Origin: Styela clava
Taxonomy: Eukaryota
Assembly (NCBI RefSeq): GCF_964204865.1
Contig: NC_135253.1
Coordinates: 16,616,001 to 16,680,000 of the forward strand
Direction: 5' to 3'
Length of the DNA: 64,000 nucleotides
Position 1 is the first letter of the stretch, and each line of letters opens with the position of its first letter. The notes beneath the pieces were generated by a model. The model made no database searches and was not told where the DNA came from. It saw only the letters and a program-made list of their open reading frames with translations. A program made the translations under genes and the position numbers. This document shows, piece by piece, positions 54,079-64,000 of this stretch.

Positions 54079-56669
54079 TCGCGTGACAACGTAGACGGAT
54101 TCGCACTACTGGATATTTGGATCGCACGAAATGCCCCGTTGAAAAGCGCACCTTGACAGCACAAACCTGATTTTAATTTTTTTTTAATCCTTCGTGGAGA
54201 TCCCTTGAATGCGTTACCCATGTTTCAAAAAGTGTTTAAAGACCTTGTATCAAGTTGGCATGGCAATCTAAAAGGATACACAAGGTATCAACATAACATG
54301 AGCGATGCTGAAAAAAATTCAATTTGTTATTTTTGCCCATCCACCTAAAATTAATTCACGAAATATTGTTACCATATTCATGCTGGTGTTAGAGCCTGAA
54401 TATGCTTAGCTGAAATTATTAGGTTCTATTGTGATCGAATGTGAAATCTGATAACAGGTATATTGGAGGCCTTTCCACTCACCAGTCCTTTTTCCTGTCA
54501 AGTTCAATCGCTCTGAAATATACTATTAGATTTTTATGTTTTGAAAATTACGTGTGGTAGGTACAATGTGTTTTCAATTGAAAAATAAGAGCATTCATTT
54601 CTCTTACCAGTTGGAGAAACGGTATGCTTGTCTCTTGTTGTGTTATTTATTCTTAGTATCTTGGCTGCCATAGAAAACTTCTATAGAAAACATAGGCGGA
54701 TAGTGACGACCGTTAGTATAAAAATAATATATATATGCACAATAGTCTAGTAGCTATGGGATACACATCAACTTAAATTATATTTCAGAATATATCGGCC
54801 AATAGAATTCTAAAATTAGGTTTCAATATTCTACTTATTTTTATTTATAATATCTAAGTTACGGAAATGTTAATCATAAAAGTTGAGAAAAATTGTTGAA
54901 GATAATTTCAGAAAAAATATTACCTTGTTAATATTTACAAAACTAAAACAAGAAGTAATAGTCTTATCGTAGCTGGATCATTTTTTTTAAAATTTGGTCT
55001 CAGTATGTTGATCCCTCGCTGTTGGTACAATACAAGTTTTCTAGAAGTTTTAGTCTGAGCTTAGTTGGAAATTATTAGAAAAAAACTTAAATGTTATTCC
55101 CAATTACCATTCGTATGTCCTTCTCCGTTTAAGGCTTTATCTTGAACATAATTAAATATATTGCAATTAGATTTTAACGCAGTCGTGCTAATGGAATGGG
55201 TAAGCCTGCTCATGAAGTCCGCTATTCGAATGTGTTTTCTTTACTTCTATATTGCGCAAAGCACGGCAATTGGAAAGCATAAGGGCGAGATGTTCTTTTT
55301 ATCCCATGATTACACCAGTTTGTAGAACAATGATTCACTCGTCCAAGCATGAAGAATATTATAATTTAGATTTGGAAGTTGTTTTTAAGTAGAGAAATAA
55401 TTTTGTTAACAAACTATGGATTTTTATAACATTGTTGACGACGTTACGGCGGGGCTTATACGACTTTTACTTTCGTTTATCCGGCAGATTTTCTCTATGA
55501 ATATAAATGTTTTACTCAATAGTTGAAAAATGACATTTATCCGCTTGAATTGATTTCAAAGGAGAATATTTACAAGTAAAGTTGTCTATGAAATTCATGT
55601 AATCGTATCATGCCTCATAGTGTGTTGAACGCGAATTTTGATTTCAAATATAAATTTATAGCTTATGCATATGGTTTTATCCAGAGATTTTTTATTTTCA
55701 TTTACTGCCTGTGTGTATGGATATTCTATGTATCGTAGTGATAAGATTTATATTTAGAGTGGAAATCGAATGAAACCCATGTCATTGGATGATTATTTAA
55801 CAAAACAAATGTATGCGTTATGTATGGTATGGCGCCGGTCACTTGTACAGGTCTTTGGACTCGTAGGTGAAGCGATAACATGGATAAGGGTGGGTGTACA
55901 AAACTGGTCGTACAGGCGAATCCATATGAAAAGTCAACATATGAAAATAAATACAATATACCCTCATTTACAGAGAAATATTCACTTAACCTGGCTTTAA
56001 ATGAGAGGAAGATTTGCGCAGTTGTTTGCTACAAGGTTTTATGCTTACAAATCCAATTTTATTGCGCTCGGCGGTCCAAATAATTTGTAGAAGTCAATTT
56101 TTCTACTTTTGAAATTTTATTCCATGTATATATTTCAAAAAAATTACCGCCGAACTTCGGCGCGTCGACGTAACCTTTAAAGAAAGAACCTTTATGAATT
56201 TACTGTATAGTTTCATCAAGAAACTAAAAATGTGTTATAAAAGATGGAAGTAGGATACTTGTGTGTAGACCCCCGTATATTGATATCAAAATGAACATAG
56301 TTTCACTCTTCAATCAAAAAATAAATGAGCGTGCATCAGTCAGTCGCTGGAGGCTTCTAAAGGTGCGTTTCCAGTACTATGTGTAACGAACACAGATTAC
56401 GGAAAAAAAACTCCGTATATTGTTTCAACTTTTTTATTTATTAATTGAAGCTGCCATAAAACTTTATACTTGAAATGGGATCAGGAAAGATTCCATCAAA
56501 TCTTTTCCAAGCATTAGTTACTACTAAAATCGTATAAAATAAAGTATATATTGTATTTTCCTAGCAAGTTGAACGAATATTCATCTAAAAATATTATTAA
56601 TAAAATTGCCAAACTCATTGAAAAATTACTGATTTGAATATATATTTCAGCACACTATAACGTTAACTA

Positions 56670-58152
56670 TTAATTACTGAACCATTTTGCTGCTTTATAT
56701 ACACCAAGGTTGAAAAGAAGTAGAGGGAAAGAAAAAGCTGTCGAAATCCCTCCAGACGTTGCAGGAGTTGTAGTTGCTGTAGTAGTAGTAGTTGTAGTAG
56801 TGGATGCTACGCATGCCGCTTCCGAGGCTTCATATCCAGATTTACATGCACATTTTCCTGTTGAGGTGTTGCATTCCGAGTTGGCGTCACCATTGGTTGT
56901 GCAGTCGGAGGTCGCTGCACATGCTCTCTCAACACAAGCTGTTGCCCCAGGAATCTGATTTACTGGACATGCGCACTGTGATGATACGCAGTAGAGAGTG
57001 CCGGATCCACAAGCAGATGCGATTGTAGTTGCTGTGCAAGCTTTGGGTGTACACGATCCAGATGAAGTGGAAGCGGAAAGGAATCCACAGGTGCATCCAG
57101 TGTCTCCAGATGTAGCACAATAGGAATTAGCTTCAGTGATAAAACAATCTCTGTCACCATTGGCGCAGGTACGACGTACACAGGAAGTGTGTGACGTATC
57201 AACAAAATTCACTTTGCAGTTGCAAACGTCGGTCGCGGGAGCTGTATTGCAGTAACTGTTGGTATCGGAAGGGGTGCAGTCACCATCACCACCACTGCAT
57301 GTCCTTTCTATGCAGTCATTATCCGGGGTAGTAGGCTGTAAAATTAGACATGAAAAATAAATTAATTCTGTATCTTGTAACTTCATTTGCGAAATAGTTT
57401 TGGTATCAACTGGATCTAATGCCAGCTAACATTATAGCTATTTCTAGGGGTTTGACATGAAGTTGTGTTGGAAAATCTGTTGTACATCACTTTAATACAA
57501 GAATCGAAAACATAATATGTTAAATAGATCTTCAGTTTGCAATTTGCACGATAAAAGATTCTCCGATGATAAGATTACTTCAGTTTTGGTATTACTCGAG
57601 GTGAATGAAAATAATTTATATCTTTCATTATATCTTGAATTTTAAGTCCATTAGCAAAGACTCACATGAATATTTTGATAATTTGAGTGCTCAAGTACTT
57701 TTTGATTATTCTTACCATATAATTGACATTACACACGCAAAGTGGAGTAGGATCAGAGTTGCACGTATTTGCGTTTGGTTCGTTTGAACATGTACCACCT
57801 CCGCCTGAGCAAGTTCCGTCCAATTGACTCAGACCTGTTATAAAAAAAAACTTGCCTTGTCGTCTGGTTCTCAATTTTATTGTTAATTTAATAAGTTATC
57901 GACCTACAATTTAAACGTTTTTTCAATTTCACGATTCAGTTGAATGATGTGCCTGTTTTGGGAATTTGTCTGCATCTACTATTTTAATTCAATTTTTAGA
58001 GTAAATAAATATAGTTTGATAAAGAAGAAATTGAAAACAAAATTGTCTCAAAAAACGACCTTTTTATTAATTTATCTAGTGTTAAGTAATTACTATACTT
58101 CACCTTCTCTTGTCATGAACAAAACACACAGCATAGAAACCAAAACCCTCAT
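56670..58152 (-). CDS. Tandem family copy E, ~277 aa
   Basis: Exons 58152-58104, 57834-57716, 57335-56670, frame intact. Confidence 0.88.
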
Positions 58153-59899
58153 TTTAATTGTTGTTAGGATTGATGAATCTTCGAATATTCGTCGATTTAT
58201 GCTGTAATATTTGAAACAGAAATTTAGTATTATGGATTATTAACAAAGAAATTCCCCGTCCTGTCTCCCTCACGAAAATTTCGACGAAGCCTATTTCTAT
58301 CATATCCCCGCGCGATTAACTTTTTAAAATTACTTTGATAAATAATTAGTTGTCAGGGTTAGTTCATTTATTTATGTTTATAATAATAACAAATTGATAG
58401 CATTTATTTTGGATGTTTCAGAATTCATCTTCGACCAAGGCATTGGTTAAGCAGCCCCTGGTAAATACATAGCTATCATGCTATGGCGAACAGAATCTTT
58501 CTAACTCGGCATTGCCCTACCATGTTATTAAAACAGTAAATATATTTATTGTCTTAATGTTTAATTTTTTTTAAGATTATAAAAACAAAAATAATCCAGA
58601 TGTAACGAGTCGCGTAAACTGCCGGTTCATAATCGGCGGCAAAAAACAAAGTCAGACAATGGCAATGTTCATGTCAACTTCATTTTTCGTCTGATTAAGT
58701 TATGGTAGATAAACTATTCTATATATTGTTTACATAAAAAGCATATGTTTATAAATCAATTAAATTGGATTCCCAAACAATAATCCGTTTCAAAACCGGT
58801 TCGCTTACAGTTTACACTATATATCTACAAATTCCAACTTTGTTAAGACGACATCATATGACTATTCCTGCATTGAGTATGGTTCAAGTTACCATTGCTC
58901 ATTGAATATATTCAAGACATATTGGGATACGAATAACTATACGAATTTTAGCGTGAGAACGACGAACGGTAAGAAAGTATGTTGATTGAAAAAATTATTA
59001 TACTCACCCAATCTCGCAATGTTATTCAACGGGTAAATATCTTCAACCGAATGCTTCATTTGATGATAGTTTGCAGTTTTTATACTGAATCACCGCAGAA
59101 AAAGATTCCTTTGGATGAATGAAAGAGAATACTATTTGTTTGGGGACTAGCGACTTTCGTTTATAACCAAAGCACTCTTTCCGATATGTTAACCCGTTTG
59201 GTTGCAATACCTAATTTACATATCGTCAACGACATTTTCGTCTTTTGATTAAGGGCAATGAATTCTCTGATATTATTACCACAAGCCATATCAACCAAGT
59301 CCGTGTAACTTTTGGGGTTTTCAGTATTTTAGCATCATCTATTTATACAACTCACAGTTTGTTAAAATATTCATATTAGGTCGAACGTTTATGCATAAAA
59401 TAATACTATCGCATAATATCAAATGAGAATAATTGTTTCACAATATCGCTTCAAAATGGCGACGTTCACACGAACGAAGTTGTTACTAGACAAGGATTTC
59501 ATTAACTCTCCTTCGAGAAGATTAAATTTAATGTAAGGGTTTTTGACAGTTGTTTCATGTGCCACGTGTTGTTATTCGGTTGCCATTCAACTTTCAGCGT
59601 CAGAATACCGAGTCTGTAATGGAATATTGTAATGATTAGCAGACGAACACGATACGCGCGATAATACTTGTTCGATGCTAGTCCTTTTATGAAATACCAC
59701 TTACGACTGTTGTTATTCAAATGAGATAACGGTCGTAGGGAAAAATAAATGAAACGCTGGGATTTAGGTGGGTGCGATATTATGTTGTACTGAAATGCTG
59801 AATTTCCTTTCAACATTTAGTGTATTAGAATGGAGTATTTATTATTATAATTTACACTTCTGTATCTCGTATGTTTTATTTTTATCGTAATATATATAT

Positions 59900-60009
59900 G
59901 GCGCTCCCGGAGTATGTGTACCAAGATGACGCACAACCTGAACATATTATGTGTACCAGGTGAAGGTTCAGGTTGCGCGCCACCTTGGCACACATACTTC
60001 GGAAGCCCC
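59900..60009. mobile_element. 110-bp Merlin-like MITE (upstream of E)
   Basis: Same element at the same site as the 45250 and 49922 copies. Confidence 0.7.
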
Positions 60010-61682
60010 ATATAAATATGCCAAAAGCTATTTTGAACAAACTTTGACCTCATAATTTGAAATAAAATGTTGACGTGAGCATTTCGGCATTTGATGTACG
60101 TTTATTTTTGAAATCATTATAATATAAAATTCTGTCAAAAATCATGTTTAGCACACATTTGGAACAACAACATATGAGTGTCTTCTATGGTGAACGTATA
60201 AGCTATAATGAGCTAGAAATTTCCAAGCGCATGCGACAGTCACCATACTTTTCCAACTAGTCATTTGTCTATTGCTGAAGGCGTTCACTTTGCATCTGTT
60301 TAAAGCTCTAAGATACAATATCAAGGCCTCAACAGGCCGTTTCGTTTGGGGTCCGTTTCTAAGGAAATACCTGTGTTGCACAAGCTACAAACTGGACTCC
60401 AGACAAGTAGTCGATGTGATGTACAACCCATTTAAACACGTTATATCGTTTGGGTGGATTTGTATTCAAGTTGTTGCCTGGACAGGATCCTGCTATATAA
60501 ATTTGATATTTTATTAAAATAAAACGCATTGCGGTATAATTTTGTAAAAGTTGTCAACTGATGCCAATTTTGATGATCCAATGAATTTGAGCCATGATAC
60601 TTTGCCAATATCAGAAGAGTTGGCGTATGTTAGCTACAAATCCTACTCTGTTGAGCTTAAATCAGATATTTCTACTGGGATGGTTGGCTATGTTGAGTTT
60701 CGCTTTATTCGAGACTAGTACTGGCTATCGGTGTCCAGTTGACTTCATATGGAGAAACTTGCAATATGAAAAGTAGTTGTTGTTACTGTTTTTAAATTTT
60801 TTATTCTTGGAATTATTTGAATACGTTAGTTAAAATGTAACGTTCTCTTAAGTGTCCAGTATTAGTATCGGAGTATGCACCGGCTAATTTTTTTCAAACT
60901 TTCTGATTGGAGCTGAAATTCTTAATGAGCAGAAGTTAAGTAAAATTTCTGTAGCAAAATTTTCTGCGGTACAAACTTTCTACGCAAATTTTTTTCAACG
61001 GAGTGAAAATTTCAAGCGATACCAACTAATATTTTCTATTTTTCGTAGTCTATTATCTAAATTGTATGGATTTGAAGTTGCAGTCAACTTTATTTTACAC
61101 GGCGTGCAATCTTTGAGATAATAAACATTCGAATGTAGCAAGTAGAGTCGAGTTTTGAATAATTCGTAGAAGTATAGAAGTTCCAGACACTTCTTGGAAT
61201 CTATCTGTAAGCAACACCTGGGGGAAATTTACGAGTAAGCTTTTCAATCTGAAAAGAATATTCTACTTCAGACTCTCGTTTTGCAATAAGCGTTAGCTAA
61301 TAAGCAAAAGTTCTGCATTTTTAATTTGTGAATTCGTCTCACCGGAAAATCTCAACATAAAAGTTGTTAACTTTGATATTGGCTGCCTATTTATTTTTTT
61401 CATAAACTAGATTACGGAAAAAAACTTTGTATATTGTTTCAACTTTTTTTTTATTAATTGAAGCTGCCATAAAACTTTATACTTGAAATGGGATCAGGAA
61501 AGATTCCATCAAATCTTTTCCAAGCATTAGTTACTACTAAAATCGTATAAAATAAAGTATATATTGGATTTTCCTAGCAAGTTGAACAAGTATTCATCTG
61601 AAAATATTATTAATAAAATTGCCAAACTTATTGAAAAATTACTGATTTGAATATATATTTCAGCACACTATAACGTTAATTA

Positions 61683-63308
61683 TCAATTACTGAACCATTT
61701 TGCTGCTTTATACACACAAAAGTTGAAAAGAAGTAGAGGGAAAGAAAAAGCTGTTGAAATTCCTCCACACGTTGCAGTAGTTGTAGTTGCTGTAGTAGTA
61801 GTAGTAGTTGTAGTAGTGGATGCTACGCATGCTGCTTCCGAGGCTTCATAACCAGATTTACATGCGCATTTTCCTGTCGAGGTGTTGCATTCCGAGTTGG
61901 CGTCACCATTGGTTGTGCAGTCGGAGGTCGCTGCACATGCTCTCTCAACACAAGCTGTTGCCCCAGGGATCTGATTTACTGGACATGCGCACTGTGATGA
62001 TACGCAGTAGAGAGTGCCGGATCCACAAGTAGATGCGATTGTAGCTGTTGTGCATGCTTTGGGTGTACACGATCCAGATGTAGCGTCGGCATCGGAAAGA
62101 AATCCACAGGTGCATCCGGTGGTTCCCGTTGTAGCACAATAAGAATGAGCTTCGTTGATAAAACAATCTCTGTCACCATTGCTGCAGCTACGACGTACAC
62201 AGGCAGTGTGTGACGTATCAACAAAGTTATTTTTGCAGTTGCAAACGGCGGTCGTGGGAGCCGTATTGCAGTAACTTTCTGGTTCGGTGCAGTCACTAGC
62301 ACCACTAGGGCATGCTTTTGCTTCGCAGTCAGTAGTTGCGCCATTGGGCTGTAAAATTAGTCATGAAAAATAAATTAATTCTGTATCTTGTAACTGCATT
62401 TGCAAAATAGTTTTGGTATCAACTGGATCTAATGCCAGCTAATACCATAGCTATTTCTAGGGGTTTGACATAGAGTTGTGTTAGAAAATCTGTTGTACAT
62501 CACTTTAATACAAAAATCGAAAACATAATATGTTAAATAGCTCTTCAGTTTGCAATCTGCATGATTAAAGATTCTCCGGTAATGAGCTCACTTCAGTTTT
62601 GGTATTACTTGAGGTGAATGAAAATAAATTATATCTTTCGTTATATCTTGAATTTTATTGTTTAAGCTGAGTCCATTAGCAAAAACTCACATAAATATTT
62701 TGATAATTTGAGTGCTCAAGTACTTTTTGATTATTCTTACCGTATAATTGACATTACACACGCAAAGTGGAGTAGGAGTAGTAGAATCACACGTATCTGC
62801 GTTTGGTTCGCCTGTACATGTACCACCTGCGCCTGAGCAAGTTCCGTCCAATTGACTTAGACCTGTTAGTAACAAAAAAATTGCCGTCTTTTTCATGAAT
62901 TTATTGTCAATACGTTATTTCTAAATAAAACTTTACTACACAATCTGACAACTGAATCTTTTGACTGCAGACTAAAGTATAAAATTGTTTTAAAAGTTTT
63001 AAATTTTACTCATAAATGATTCCTACAATATTGAATTTTACGACTCAATTATTTTAGGTTTGTGTTTATTTTGGCATTTTGACTACATCTGCTATTTTAA
63101 AAACTTATTCAATATTTTGAATCAATAAATGTAGTTTTGTAAAGGAGAAAACAGGTCAGATGAAATTTTTGCAATCTCATTTACATAAAGAATATTTTTA
63201 TAAATGAATTTAGTGTAAACTAGGTACGAGAATTTTTTTTCAATATTGAAATACTTCACCTCCTCTTGCCATGAGCAAAACACACACGATTGAAATCAAA
63301 ATCTTCAT
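61683..63308 (-). CDS. Tandem family copy F (type-II leader), ~278 aa
   Basis: Exons 63308-63260, 62862-62741, 62348-61683, frame intact. Confidence 0.87.
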
Positions 63309-64000
63309 TCTCTTCGTTTTCGTTTTATTTCTGGATTAAAATTACTCGAGTGCTAGCTGGTTTATTCTGCAAGTACTAAATTTAAAATATGTATTAAACT
63401 TAAATTGAGTTTTAAAAATTATAAACCTTGAATAGTGATTTTTTGGGGGGGATTGCGGGTACTTTATGCAAAAAACCTAACAAAAAACGTAAAGCTCTAG
63501 TAATAATACTCTTCGCCCACAAATATTATAAAGCAATACTTATTTGATCAAATGCAAAATAAATTGTGGCGCTTATGGCAGCTAATATTTGCATCTCTTA
63601 GTTAGTAATAAGACTTTTTTCATATTTTATGTCGGTTTGAAAATGCCCTCTGAATTGGATATATAGTTGTTAAATTTTTCAAATGAAAAATAAAAGTTTA
63701 TCAGCGGTATCGTTTAGAGGCCGCGCTTCGTCATATTGTTATTTAGGAACCTAAAAAAGGCAAAAATAAAATATTTCCAAGCATTTCATACGCAATCTCT
63801 TCATAATGGTTTTAAATAGCTCTACTGTTCCGAAAAGATCAACAATTGATAAGTCAGTATTAGCAAATATGACATTGTTATCTATGACTTGGGCAATATA
63901 CCAATTGAATCTTACTAGAGAACCTCTGCACCACAACATAATATAATACATAACTATAGTTATGTTCCATCGGCTCGCTATGTCTGTTGTACTATAGTCT

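Larger units (their letters stand above)
46500..64000. repeat. Higher-order ~10-kb segmental duplication: unit [C,D] versus unit [E,F]
   Basis: Start-codon offsets are 9889 bp (C to E) and 10080 bp (D to F). Spacer 48300-51680 aligns by eye with 58200-61680, and 52770-53850 with 62865-64000. Confidence 0.85.

Noticed and set aside
33681-62344. Recurrent ORFs such as MPLPRLHNQ.., MFYQRSSF.. and ..HLDRVHPKLAQQ
   Set aside because: Alternative-frame or antisense readings of exon 3. They recur only because the gene is duplicated.

Overview
AT-rich, intron-containing eukaryotic DNA, most likely an invertebrate animal (a tunicate is plausible but cannot be shown from this window). The ORF track shows only exon fragments, so gene models were rebuilt by hand from splice sites and reading frame. 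(1) 229-6123 (+): a 6-exon gene of about 841 aa with an N-terminal hydrophobic anchor, a ~650-aa acidic region and a C-terminal plant-FKBP12-like PPIase domain; its last intron is a U12-type AT-AC intron. (2) 9248-63308: ten genes sharing one plan: signal-peptide exon, phase-1 intron, Cys-rich EGF-like modules and a GPI-type hydrophobic tail. Three are calcium-binding-EGF genes (one with a GC-AG intron), one is a ~1120-aa protein with a 228/231-bp coding tandem repeat, and six are tandem paralogs (A-F, ~270 aa, five 6-Cys modules) that probably continue past the window end. In A-F the membrane-distal modules are variable and patchwork-shuffled while the core of the membrane-proximal module is identical, so the array is a candidate diversifying cell-surface recognition locus. 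Intergenic DNA carries many non-autonomous elements (hAT, Merlin-like MITEs, Helentron/HINE-like, a solo LTR), several present in only some repeat units.
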